Assembly: GCA_965234725.1 (NCBI GenBank)
Contig: CBDDUX010000014.1
Location: 1 to 64,000, forward strand
DNA: 64,000 bases
Direction of reading: 5' to 3'
Origin: Thermoplasmatota archaeon
Lineage (GTDB): Archaea; Thermoplasmatota; Penumbrarchaeia; Penumbrarchaeales; Penumbrarchaeaceae
In this document: piece after piece, positions 51,236-60,042 of the stretch
Position numbering within the stretch: the stretch's first letter is position 1
Layout of the letters: each line of letters starts with the position of its first letter
Notes under the pieces: generated by a model
Seen by the model: the letters and a program-made list of their open reading frames with translations, nothing else
What the model was told of the DNA's origin: nothing
The model's database searches: none
Program-made: the position numbers and the translations under genes

Positions 51236-51586
51236 ACAAAGATGGTGTGAGGGCTGTGACCTTAGAGTTGTACTAAAATCATCGGTAATCCAAACTCTAA
51301 GGTCAAGATGAAAAACGGTCAGAATCACCTATCATCATTTTTCATCGAGTGTTAACAATTTAGAGCACCATTTTTCGTATAGTTTTAAAATTGACGAGAG
51401 AAAAATGGTGCGAGGGCTGTGACCTTAGAGTTGTTGTTCAATTGACGATGATCCAAACTCTAAGGTTTAGACCAAAAACGGTTAACATTTTAGTATCATC
51501 ATTTTTGGTCGCAATTAATCATTTTCAAGCACCATTTTCTGTATCAATTTAAAATTGACGAGAGAAAAATGGTGCGAGGGCTGTGA
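51236..51586. repeat. Two tandem ~164-bp structured repeats, each beginning with a copy of the tRNA-Leu 3' end
   Basis: ATGGTG(C/T)GAGGGCTGTGA at 51242, 51405 and 51569 (the last is the tRNA itself). Conserved inverted repeats lie inside each unit. Confidence 0.9.
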
Positions 51587-51656
51587 TTTGAACACAGGAA
51601 CCACTAAGGACTAGACCCTCAATCTAGCGCCGTTGACCAAGCTGAGCTACCCTCGC
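51570..51656 (-). tRNA. tRNA-Leu(GAG) with encoded CCA
   Basis: GCGAGGG/CCCTCGC acceptor stem, CTAGA-TTGAGGG-TCTAG anticodon arm, long variable arm, CTGTG-TTCAAAT-CACAG T arm, ACCA end. Position after rpoD matches other archaea. Confidence 0.96.
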
Positions 51657-51891
51657 AATAGTTTGGTGGTCACGACTAGAGGCAGTCGGGGTTCAGGGCG
51701 GATGCATGTGATCGTGAAGTGACCGCCACAGCTTGGTCAACGGCCCGGGAACTTGTTCCCGGATATGACCAAGTTGGGCTACCGAAGGTGTCCATTCCGT
51801 GAACGCTTTGACCCGTGGTCAAAGAGTTCTGAGCTACCCTCGCAATTGTTTTTGGTGGTCACGACTTGAGGCAGTCGGGTTCGGGCGGATG
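51642..51891. repeat. Direct repeat (~63 bp, period 187) of the tRNA 5' end plus leader, enclosing inverted and decoy tRNA D-arm copies
   Basis: CTGAGCTACCCTCGCAAT..TTTGGTGGTCACGACT.GAGGCAGTCGGG at 51642-51704 and 51829-51891. Confidence 0.88.
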
Positions 51892-51943
51892 AAATTTGTC
51901 CGGAGGTAAGATACCTCCGGTCGGCAGAAAGTCCATTGAATAT

Positions 51944-52819
51944 TTAAGCTTCATCAAGTCCTGATATCTCCTCTCTCAGTTCCTCGTAGAAATCAGAGAG
52001 GTAATTCAGTGCATGATTGAGGGCATCCTTCGCAGTGATGGCGCCATCAGTTTCGAAATTGAATACGAATTTATTTTCCTCATGGGATAACTCAACGATC
52101 TTCTTCTCAGATCCATCGAGAGCATCCAGAATGGGGGATTCGTAATAGGACGGGTCCTTATCTTCAAGGGGTTTAAGGTCCTTGACAACTATCTTCCCCT
52201 TTTCGATCCCAAGGACCCCTTCTGGGAAGACCTTGATTATGGCCTCAACATCATCGATCCTCACATCGTTATTGATCACGAGCTTTGGGTAGTTCATGTA
52301 GCCACAGATGGTAACCGGCTGCCATTTCGTATGGGTCTTTCCTCTTCCCATGACCGCTGTTGCATAGATCAGCAGGGCCTGTTTCTCCTTGAGTTTGACA
52401 ATAGGGATGAGTTCCTCTTTGATCCTCAGGCTCATATCGCCAAGGGGTTGAAGGTCCCCGGAGTAAACTGTACACGGTCCTTTCTTGTTCATCACATAGA
52501 TGATGGTGCAGTGAGGGCAGCCAGAGCCACCACATTCACATTTGTCCCTGAAGGTATAATTTTCAAGATCGGTAGGAATGGGGACCATGCTTAGCCTGTG
52601 GGCGATCATCTCATCAAAAAGAGCAGAATTGGAATCATACTCGTTTCCTTCTTCATCTCTGATCGGTCCCATATGGAACTCCACTTCATCTATTGCCATT
52701 TTTGGGACCTCGGATACGAGAGTCCTCCTGATTGTATTGACCACATCAGGTCTCACCTGATCCACAACGAACGAGCATTTCGTATCGGTGAGTTCCCTTA
52801 CCTCAAGCTTCATCCTCAC
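51944..52819 (-). CDS. rpoD: DNA-directed RNA polymerase subunit D (Rpo3)
   Basis: NTIRRTLVSEVPKMAI, NSALFDEMIAHRLSMVPI, CECxxxxCxxC loop, IPIVKL, KWQP, FETDG. Confidence 0.96.
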   Translation of the reverse strand: MRMKLEVRELTDTKCSFVVDQVRPDVVNTIRRTLVSEVPKMAIDEVEFHMGPIRDEEGNEYDSNSALFDEMIAHRLSMVPIPTDLENYTFRDKCECGGSGCPHCTIIYVMNKKGPCTVYSGDLQPLGDMSLRIKEELIPIVKLKEKQALLIYATAVMGRGKTHTKWQPVTICGYMNYPKLVINNDVRIDDVEAIIKVFPEGVLGIEKGKIVVKDLKPLEDKDPSYYESPILDALDGSEKKIVELSHEENKFVFNFETDGAITAKDALNHALNYLSDFYEELREEISGLDEA

Positions 52820-52828
52820 ACCTCTGGT

Positions 52829-53215
52829 TCAGACCCTTCTTCCCCTCTTTCCACCCTTGGGTTTTGTCCCGTCGTGTGGAATTGGGGTAACATCCTCTAT
52901 CCTGCCGATCCTCAAACCTGCCCTTGATAGGGACCTTATAACTCCCTGGGCACCAGGTCCCGGTGAGGAGGGTCCATTCCCTCCCGGGGCTCGGACCTTT
53001 ATGTGGATATTGGTTATTCCCTTTTCCTTTGCCTTGTCGGCTATGACCTCTCCGGCCCTCATTGCTGCAAATGGTGATGCTTCGTCCTTCGCAGCCTTTA
53101 CGACCATGCCGCCAGTAGCCTTTGCAATAGTCTCTGCGCCGGTCAGGTCGGTCAGTGTGATCAGGATATTATTGTAGGAGGCATAGATATGACAGACTCC
53201 CCATTTCTCGGACAT
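52829..53215 (-). CDS. rps11: 30S ribosomal protein uS11
   Basis: [35 protein letters not shown]. Confidence 0.98.
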   Translation of the reverse strand: MSEKWGVCHIYASYNNILITLTDLTGAETIAKATGGMVVKAAKDEASPFAAMRAGEVIADKAKEKGITNIHIKVRAPGGNGPSSPGPGAQGVIRSLSRAGLRIGRIEDVTPIPHDGTKPKGGKRGRRV

Positions 53216-53826
53216 CAGTTCTCACCTCCTTCGGATGAAGGTGCCTCGATGCTGATCTTCTCGGGGACCTGTGAAACGCCTTCTATTCCCTCGGACTGGA
53301 TGGATGATTTTGGTCTCATGGGGTGTTCCTCGAATGCAAATGGCGAGGATTCATCATAATTTAATGTCCTCTCATCGAATTTGGGAACCAGCATTCCAGG
53401 AATTGTCGCTCTTCTGTCCTTCAGAATGATATGACCATGTGATATCAACTGTCTTGCCTGTTTTGGAGTCGATGCCAAGCCCTTTGTGTATACAAGGGTT
53501 TGAAGTCTCCTTGAAAGAACGGTCTCGATCTCTATTGCAAGGACATCCTGCAGGGGAGCACCCTCGTTGAGTATGCCCAATTTGTAACATCTTTTCAGGA
53601 GAAGATCGGCTTCCTTGATGGATTGTTTATTTTCGGTCCTTATATGAGCCTGCAATGTCCTGGCCTGGCCTCTCAGGTCCCTTAGATAGGACTGTGCCTT
53701 CCAGACCTCTTTCTTGTTCTTTAGACCGAACTTGATCATCAGTTCCTTCTCCTCCTTGATCCTCTCTCCCTGCCAGGGGTGTGAAGGTGTATCATATCTT
53801 TTCCTTAATTTCCTTGGATCTCCCAT
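53215..53826 (-). CDS. rps4: 30S ribosomal protein uS4
   Basis: [35 protein letters not shown]. Confidence 0.98.
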   Translation of the reverse strand: MGDPRKLRKRYDTPSHPWQGERIKEEKELMIKFGLKNKKEVWKAQSYLRDLRGQARTLQAHIRTENKQSIKEADLLLKRCYKLGILNEGAPLQDVLAIEIETVLSRRLQTLVYTKGLASTPKQARQLISHGHIILKDRRATIPGMLVPKFDERTLNYDESSPFAFEEHPMRPKSSIQSEGIEGVSQVPEKISIEAPSSEGGEN

Positions 53827-53838
53827 CTTAACACCTCC

Positions 53839-54342
53839 TTACTTCATCGCTTTCTTCCTGGACACGCCGACGGTAGCTCCGGTCCTTCCGTTGGATCTGG
53901 ACCTCTGTCCCCTGACCTTCTGGCCAGTTTCATGCCTAATTCCGCGATAGCTCCTTATCTTCCTCAGAAGGTTGATATCTTCCTTCTCAGCCATGGAAAG
54001 TTCCGAAGCTATGGCATGTGTGTCCTCACCTGTTTCCAGGTCCCTCTGTCTGTTGAGAAGCCAGGGCGGGAGAAGAGTAGGAATATCATCTATGAGCTCT
54101 ACCAGTTTCTTTACCTCATCATCGGTGAGGTCTCCCATGAGATTGTCCTTGGGGACACCAAGCTCCTTGGTCAGGATGTGTGAGATCCTGTAATTGATAC
54201 CTGTAATGGAGGTGATGCCATCAATGATCTTCTTCTCTCCGTTAATATCGGTACCTGCCATACGAACAATGAACTTGAAATCAGGACCATGCTCTTTGTC
54301 CTGATCCTTGTTCTGACCTTTGCCTTTTTTCTTTTCGGCCAA
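53839..54342 (-). CDS. rps13: 30S ribosomal protein uS13
   Basis: FIVRMAGTDING, PWLLNRQRD, SYRGIRH..GQKVRGQRSRSNGR. TTG start after a GGAGG RBS. Confidence 0.98.
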   Translation of the reverse strand: MAEKKKGKGQNKDQDKEHGPDFKFIVRMAGTDINGEKKIIDGITSITGINYRISHILTKELGVPKDNLMGDLTDDEVKKLVELIDDIPTLLPPWLLNRQRDLETGEDTHAIASELSMAEKEDINLLRKIRSYRGIRHETGQKVRGQRSRSNGRTGATVGVSRKKAMK

Positions 54343-54464
54343 GTTAATCCCTCCAGAAGCAGCCAGTCATCGCAGGGATGCTTTGAACCGGCCCGCAATT
54401 TGAGATTTTGCGGCGGCCAGATGATATCTGGCTTTGGCTTCAGGTTCCTCCCGATATTAGTTCT

Positions 54465-54478
54465 TATTTATATCCCTT
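54465..54478 (-). promoter_or_regulatory. BRE and TATA promoter of the rps13 operon
   Basis: Minus strand reads AAAGGGA-TATAAATA, about 120 nt upstream of the start. Confidence 0.55.
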
Positions 54479-54575
54479 TCCATTTAAAGGGCAGGTCATT
54501 CCCACTTACGCTAATATTGTAAGATTCCAACTACAAAGATAAATATATCGGTGATGTCTGGTGGCAGTTTGATGA

Positions 54576-55013
54576 ATGATGGGAATTATAACTTTGGCCG
54601 GTAGAGCACTTGCAAAGGAGGGCGTAATCTTCAGATATACTGGTCCAGCAGAAGAATGCACGGATTGCGGATTAAAAGCTGTCTGCCATAAATTGACACC
54701 CGGAAGGAAGTACAAGGTTGTCTCCGTGCGTGATGTGGAACATGCTTGTAAGGTCCATGAAGGGGATAAGGTAAGGGTTGTTGAGGTAGTGGAACTCCCG
54801 ATCGAATTGTCGATCCCGAGCAGAAAGGCCCTTGAAGCGGCACTTGTCGTGCTTGACGAACCGGATTGTCCAAGGAAGTGGTGTCCAAATCATATCCTTT
54901 GTACCATCCCTTCCGGATTGAAGGGGAGAAAAGTTGCAATTAAGGAGATAGGGGCCATTGTTGATTGTCCCAGGGGTTTAAAGCTCAAGAGAGCGATCGT
55001 GGAGCCACACTGA
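54576..55013 (+). CDS. UPF0179-family archaeal protein
   Basis: ITLAG..LAKEG..F.Y.G...C..C.LK.VC..L..G..Y.V..VR...H.C.VHE; further Cys cluster; C-terminal CPRG. Confidence 0.88.
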   Translation: MMGIITLAGRALAKEGVIFRYTGPAEECTDCGLKAVCHKLTPGRKYKVVSVRDVEHACKVHEGDKVRVVEVVELPIELSIPSRKALEAALVVLDEPDCPRKWCPNHILCTIPSGLKGRKVAIKEIGAIVDCPRGLKLKRAIVEPH

Positions 55014-55029
55014 ACAGACCGGTGATCTT

Positions 55030-56304
55030 ATGGGTTCGGAAATACCTGGATTGTACAAATTGAGTTTGAAGGATAGAATAGATCAAGTAGCCAGATCATC
55101 AGAATTAACTTCCGATGACCTTGAAGGCTTTGCGACAGGATCATCGAACATGCCATTACTGGATGGTATGATCGAGAATGTTGTAGGTGTTTTCGAACTT
55201 CCAGTAGGTATAGCGACGAATTTCATGATCAATGGTATTGAAAGGCTTGTACCCATGGCAATTGAGGAACCATCAGTTGTTGCTGCAGCATCGAAAGCAG
55301 CCAAACTTGCCAGGGAAATGGGGGGTTTCACCTGTTCAACCACCGATCCTGTAATGATCGGCCAGGTTCAGCTCGTAAACATCGATGACCCTGATCATGC
55401 GATGAATATCCTGAAGGGAGCAAAGGAAGGTCTCATTGATATCGCCAACTCAAAGGATCCCATGCTTCTGAGATTGGGTGGAGGATGCAGGGATATCGAG
55501 ATCCGGAGACTTGATGGCGAAATGGGTCCCATGATCATACTACATCTTCTTGTTGACTGCCGGGACGCAATGGGAGCAAATGCAGTTAATACGATGGCAG
55601 AAGCCGTTGCACCTGAAGTGGAGAGGCTGACAGGTGGAAACGTGGTTCTAAGGATAATCTCGAATCTGGCAGTTCACAGACTTGCCAGAGCCAGCGCCGT
55701 CTTTTCGAAGAAGGACCTTGGAGGGGATGATGGTGTTGAACTAATACTTTGGGCACAGTCAATGGCAAAGTTGGATCCATTCAGGGCGGCCACCCATAAT
55801 AAAGGGGTCATGAATGGTGTTTCTTCTGTTGTAAGGGTTACAGGTAATGATACAAGAGCGGTTGAAGCGGGAGTCCATGCATATGCCTCCTTTGGCAGGA
55901 CCTATGGACCCGTGACAGATTATTCCCGGGATAGGGAAGGAAATCTTGTAGGTAAGATCGAGATCCCGGTCCCGATCGGATTGGTGGGCGGAGCAACAAG
56001 GGTCCATCCGGCTGCCCAGGCAGCGATCAAGGTCATGGGAATAAAAACGGCTTCGGAACTTGGAGAAGTACTGGCAGCTGTCGGACTTGCACAGAATCTG
56101 GCTGCCCTAAGGGCTCTTTCTCAGGAGGGGATCCAGAGAGGACATATGAAACTGCATGCCAGGAACCTGGCGATCCAGGCAGGTGCTGCTGGTGAAGAGG
56201 CCGAACAGGTGGTTCTAATGATGATCGGTTCTGGGACGATAACTGCATCTTCAGCTGTGGATATCCTTGAAAGTATCAGGAACAAGGAGACACAGAAACC
56301 TTAA
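55030..56304 (+). CDS. mvaA: Class II (bacterial-type) HMG-CoA reductase
   Basis: IENVVG, EEPSVVAA, DAMGANAVN, ISNL, ATHNKG, GNDTRA, GLAQN, GIQRGHMKLHA. Confidence 0.96.
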   Translation: MGSEIPGLYKLSLKDRIDQVARSSELTSDDLEGFATGSSNMPLLDGMIENVVGVFELPVGIATNFMINGIERLVPMAIEEPSVVAAASKAAKLAREMGGFTCSTTDPVMIGQVQLVNIDDPDHAMNILKGAKEGLIDIANSKDPMLLRLGGGCRDIEIRRLDGEMGPMIILHLLVDCRDAMGANAVNTMAEAVAPEVERLTGGNVVLRIISNLAVHRLARASAVFSKKDLGGDDGVELILWAQSMAKLDPFRAATHNKGVMNGVSSVVRVTGNDTRAVEAGVHAYASFGRTYGPVTDYSRDREGNLVGKIEIPVPIGLVGGATRVHPAAQAAIKVMGIKTASELGEVLAAVGLAQNLAALRALSQEGIQRGHMKLHARNLAIQAGAAGEEAEQVVLMMIGSGTITASSAVDILESIRNKETQKP

Positions 56305-56339
56305 CTATCGAGCATCGACTTCAAGTTAGAGGTGAGGCA

Positions 56340-56822
56340 ATGGAGATCCAAAGTATCGCTGTGGAGAAACCTGACGATATCAACTTCATTTTAGGACAAT
56401 CACATTTCATCAAGACCGTTGAGGATATCTACGAGGCAATGGTGAACACCAATCCGGATCTAAAGTTCGGCATAGCATTTTGCGAAGCTTCCATGAAATG
56501 CCTGGTCAGATGGACCGGTAATGATGAAGAAATGATCGAACTGGCAAAAAGGAATGCTAGTAATATCGGAGCCGGTCATTCGTTCATTGTCTTCATGAAG
56601 AACGGTTTCCCGATCAACGTCCTCCAGAGGATCAAATCTGTACCGGAAGTGTGTAGGATATTCTGTGCCACTGCAAATCCAACAGATGTCCTTATAGCTG
56701 AGAATGAGAGGGGAAGAGGAATAATGGGTGTAATAGATGGAAACAAACCCCTCGGTGTAGAGGGACCCGAGGATCAGGAATGGAGAAGGGACTTCCTCAG
56801 GAAGATAGGTTATAAACAGTAA
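56340..56822 (+). CDS. Adenosine-specific kinase family (DUF355) protein
   Basis: NFILGQSHFIKTVEDIYE, FCEAS, AGHSF, VPEVCRIFCATANP, RGIMGVIDG, FLRKIGYK. Confidence 0.9.
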   Translation: MEIQSIAVEKPDDINFILGQSHFIKTVEDIYEAMVNTNPDLKFGIAFCEASMKCLVRWTGNDEEMIELAKRNASNIGAGHSFIVFMKNGFPINVLQRIKSVPEVCRIFCATANPTDVLIAENERGRGIMGVIDGNKPLGVEGPEDQEWRRDFLRKIGYKQ

Positions 56823-56841
56823 TATTGAAAGGATTGGTCCC

Positions 56842-58836
56842 ATGAAAGAAAACCAGGAGAAGGATGAAGGTCCTTCTGAAATGGAAAAGGAGATTTCATC
56901 ATTCACTCCCATCAAAGCTGTTATGCCAATATCCATGATGGTGATCCTGATTGTCGTCACGCTCCTTTTAGGCCTTTGGATTGGACCTTATTTTGATGCG
57001 CTGGGAATCACTTCTGAGATGAGCAAATATGCTGATAATCCCCTCTACGCTTTCGTTTTCTTAGGATTTGTAATAGGGTTTGCGGTATTCATTCTGGTCC
57101 TTCGAAAATTGTTGAAAAGGAGGAGGTTCAAGCTGAAGTATCTCTTTGCAGCAGCCGTCCTTCTATCCTCGCTTTACATTCTTACCCCATTGGTGGATAT
57201 TATCGCCAACGGATTTCCGGAGGTATGGGACGAATATGAATTGGATATTGATGGTATCAGGGGAGCTCTTCCCCTTGATCCTGACGACCCCGGAAAGGGA
57301 ATCATCGTTGTCACAGATTCGTCATTCCATGTCCTTGAAAGAAAGAAGTATGAATATGAGGAAGTGTGGAAAACCGAGGGTCTAGAGAGCACATTCGATC
57401 CCAGTTTTAGTAACGGATTGTGGGTCTTTGCCGGTAAGGGCCATGGTAATAATTCCTACTGGACATTAGACTCGGACGGAATTGCTCAAGAATTTGGGAT
57501 CATCGAATCGCCAAACGCCACATTCGAACTCCTCGGAGTATCCGCGGCATTTGCAAACGGGACCCATTATCTGATCTCTTTCTGGGAGGGTGTGGAAGGC
57601 CGCTGGTCCGTTCTTGCCTTCGAACCGGGAAGTATAGAACCTGGAACCTGGATAGAAAACATCGGTCATAATGAAGGCCCCTTTTATCCTATCTTCGGAT
57701 GGTCCGATGACCGGGTCCAATATCATGTGGATGATTCTATCGAATACATGGTACTCTCAGGAAGTGAGGGCGGCCTGATCAAGACATCGGGAGGAGTAAG
57801 TAAGATAGAGAACGGAACCTGGATTACAGCAAGAGGTGAGAGTGTTCTCTATTTCACCAATGATCCATTTAACCTGCCAGGAAGGTCAGATCCATCCTAT
57901 CACAATGTTATAGTGGAAATCGTATCGATAGATGGAAGCGGTTTCGGAACGATGACCAATATTTACGCCACTGGATCGGTTTTAGACGGTTACCATGTAT
58001 CTTATATCCATGAGAATAGACCTGAACTGGGATCGATCAGTGATTACAGATTAATATATCTCTCGGGGAAGGATGTCGGAGTGATAACCCCCGATTCAGA
58101 AGATGAGTACTCCTTTACGGATGAACCTATATCCGTCATTCAGGATGGACCTGGTGGGGATATTTATCTCATCTTCGACGGTGCGGTCCTCCAGGGAAGG
58201 TTCGACGGTACCGAGAGAATGCAGGTATGGGTTCAGGTAACAGCATTCCTGATAGCTGTCGGTATGATGGTTCTCCTCCTGAAGATCCCGAAATGGTGGA
58301 TAATCGATCTTTCCGGGATCCTTATGGGAGCCGGGGTCGTTGCGATGATGGGGACCTCATTTCCAATATTGTTCACTCTCCTTCTCATGGTTCTACTTGC
58401 CGTGTACGATGCCATTTCCGTCTACAAGACAAAACACATGATATCGCTTGCAGATTCGGTGGTAGAATCTAAAATGCCAATCCTTCTAGTATTTCCAATG
58501 CGTCTTGATTACAGGTACGAGGATGAGACCAACCTGATGGATCCGAAGAGAAAGCGGGAATCACTTTTCATGGGACTTGGAGACGTTATCATCCCTGGAA
58601 TACTGGTGATATCTTCATTTGCATGGCTTCCAAAAGCTGATGGACTGCTTGGTCTATCAGGGCCACTTTCAGTAGCTCTCTTTACTATTTTAGGAATGCT
58701 CTTCGGCTATGCAATTCTCATCAGATGGGTATTGAAGGGGAGCGCTCATGCCGGTTTGCCTCCATTGAACGGTGGTGCGATCCTTGGCTTCCTTATAGGA
58801 CATCTTCTAGTCTACGGGAGCTTCATCTTCTGGTAA
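56842..58836 (+). CDS. Presenilin/signal-peptide-peptidase-type GxGD intramembrane aspartyl protease with a large soluble insertion
   Basis: LAVYDAISVY, MGLGDVIIP and GLPPLN motifs; about 330 aa hydrophilic insertion after the third TM helix. Confidence 0.9.
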   Translation: MKENQEKDEGPSEMEKEISSFTPIKAVMPISMMVILIVVTLLLGLWIGPYFDALGITSEMSKYADNPLYAFVFLGFVIGFAVFILVLRKLLKRRRFKLKYLFAAAVLLSSLYILTPLVDIIANGFPEVWDEYELDIDGIRGALPLDPDDPGKGIIVVTDSSFHVLERKKYEYEEVWKTEGLESTFDPSFSNGLWVFAGKGHGNNSYWTLDSDGIAQEFGIIESPNATFELLGVSAAFANGTHYLISFWEGVEGRWSVLAFEPGSIEPGTWIENIGHNEGPFYPIFGWSDDRVQYHVDDSIEYMVLSGSEGGLIKTSGGVSKIENGTWITARGESVLYFTNDPFNLPGRSDPSYHNVIVEIVSIDGSGFGTMTNIYATGSVLDGYHVSYIHENRPELGSISDYRLIYLSGKDVGVITPDSEDEYSFTDEPISVIQDGPGGDIYLIFDGAVLQGRFDGTERMQVWVQVTAFLIAVGMMVLLLKIPKWWIIDLSGILMGAGVVAMMGTSFPILFTLLLMVLLAVYDAISVYKTKHMISLADSVVESKMPILLVFPMRLDYRYEDETNLMDPKRKRESLFMGLGDVIIPGILVISSFAWLPKADGLLGLSGPLSVALFTILGMLFGYAILIRWVLKGSAHAGLPPLNGGAILGFLIGHLLVYGSFIFW

Positions 58837-58895
58837 TAGTATCCTACATCACCGATAAGGATTTGTGGACCTATCCGTTTCAACCCCTGTATCCG

Positions 58896-59639
58896 ATGGA
58901 AGCCAATATCATACTATTCCTTATGATGTTCCTGCTGGGGACGGTCCAGGGTCTTACAGTATGCAACCTGACCTGCGGTCCGCTTCTCATTCTAAGATTG
59001 GCCGGACAATCAAGGGGAGTCAGAGAAGGACTCGGTCTCTCTATGCTGTTCTCCCTCCCGAGGATCCTGATACTTACAATTCTAGGTGGGCTACTCGGTG
59101 CTTTCGGTTATTCGATATCATCCCTTGCCGGACTCTCTTCATTCCCATGGTTCCAGGCTGTTGTTTACATTATTATTGCATGCATTATGATCGCCACCGG
59201 ACTAAGATTCATGGGAATTACAGGGAAGAAAAATATTGATGATTGCAGTGGTATGGCACCTGGTCTGAAGAATAGGTTCCTGCTACTACTGACAAAACTT
59301 GGTCCTAGAAAAGGTAAGGGAGAGAGGAGTTCCATGGTAGGACTTGGGATATTGGTCTCCCTGATCTGCTTCGTCGAGGCCTCCGGAGCATCACTGGCCG
59401 TTGCCAATATGCTTGGCCTCGATTCCAGTGACATCGGGACAGGGGTCTTCATGGGAGCTATGACAATGCTCTCCTATTCTCTCGGTCTCACAGTTCCGCT
59501 CCTTATACTCGGGTCCGGTGCCTCGGAATTGGGAAGAAAGCTGAACCGGGGCGATATCAGGATAGTAGGCGGGATCCTGTTGATAGGTATAGGGTCAATA
59601 CTCCTTCTTTTCGAGGTCCTCTCACTCATTTTCCTTTAA
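58896..59639 (+). CDS. CcdA/DsbD-like (sulfite exporter-like) membrane protein
   Basis: GxxxCxxxCGP in TM1, about 6 TM helices, YSLGLTVPL. Start at ATG 58896. Confidence 0.7.
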   Translation: MEANIILFLMMFLLGTVQGLTVCNLTCGPLLILRLAGQSRGVREGLGLSMLFSLPRILILTILGGLLGAFGYSISSLAGLSSFPWFQAVVYIIIACIMIATGLRFMGITGKKNIDDCSGMAPGLKNRFLLLLTKLGPRKGKGERSSMVGLGILVSLICFVEASGASLAVANMLGLDSSDIGTGVFMGAMTMLSYSLGLTVPLLILGSGASELGRKLNRGDIRIVGGILLIGIGSILLLFEVLSLIFL

Positions 59640-60038
59640 CTGATCCATAAGGAATAGATGTGACCCGCATTTACAATCTGAAGAGCCGAAACCTGGGACA
59701 GATGTGAATCTCTTTGAAAAGTACTCAGCTGATACGCATTCATCACCGGGACCATACTCCTTGAAGAAGACGGTCTTATCTCTGGAAATAATTGAAAGGT
59801 GATCTATATGCCACCTGAGATTTACAGGTCCTTCCAGATGCCTCCTCACCCTTCTCCAGACTCCGGCTTTAGCAGAACCTATATAGGCATATTTTCCCTT
59901 CTTGATCCTTAACGGACCGAGTGAACCAACCTTGACCTCCCGGTCCTTTTCGAAGTCCAAGATCAAGATATATGTTCCAGGACCCCTATAAGGGTCCTCT
60001 GGATCGAGTTTTAAATATCCCTCGATCGGAGGTTCCAG
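59622..60038 (-). CDS. GIY-YIG (DUF123) nuclease family protein, probable CTG start
   Basis: GTYIL..VGSLG..GKYAYIGSA..RVRRH..WHIDHL..EC..GFGSSDCKCGSHL. The GTY motif lies upstream of the tracked TTG at 59966. Confidence 0.85.
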   Translation of the reverse strand: MEPPIEGYLKLDPEDPYRGPGTYILILDFEKDREVKVGSLGPLRIKKGKYAYIGSAKAGVWRRVRRHLEGPVNLRWHIDHLSIISRDKTVFFKEYGPGDECVSAEYFSKRFTSVPGFGSSDCKCGSHLFLMDQLKENE

Positions 60039-60042
60039 CCTC

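Noticed and set aside
51307-51510. Box C/D sRNA or TIGR-like guide (minus strand ATGATGA-9 nt-CTGA in unit A)
   Set aside because: Unit B keeps ATGATGA but has no CTGA, no second C'/D' pair is evident, stem wobbles favour the opposite strand, and no Nop-domain gene is nearby. Not excluded, but unsupported.
43530-51570. Integrated island bounded by tRNA att sites
   Set aside because: The tRNA 3' duplications enclose only the 164-bp units; no distal att copy, integrase or phage gene was recognised.
51236-51586. CRISPR array
   Set aside because: Only two 164-bp units, the repeat is tRNA-derived with several internal stems, and no cas genes are present in the window.
54343-54445. tRNA upstream of rps13, as in some archaea
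   Set aside because: GGTTCAAA is present, but no cloverleaf with matching acceptor and T stems can be built.
55030-56304. Bacterial-type HMG-CoA reductase as a novel transfer
   Set aside because: Class II HMGR is already known in Thermoplasmatales and Archaeoglobus.
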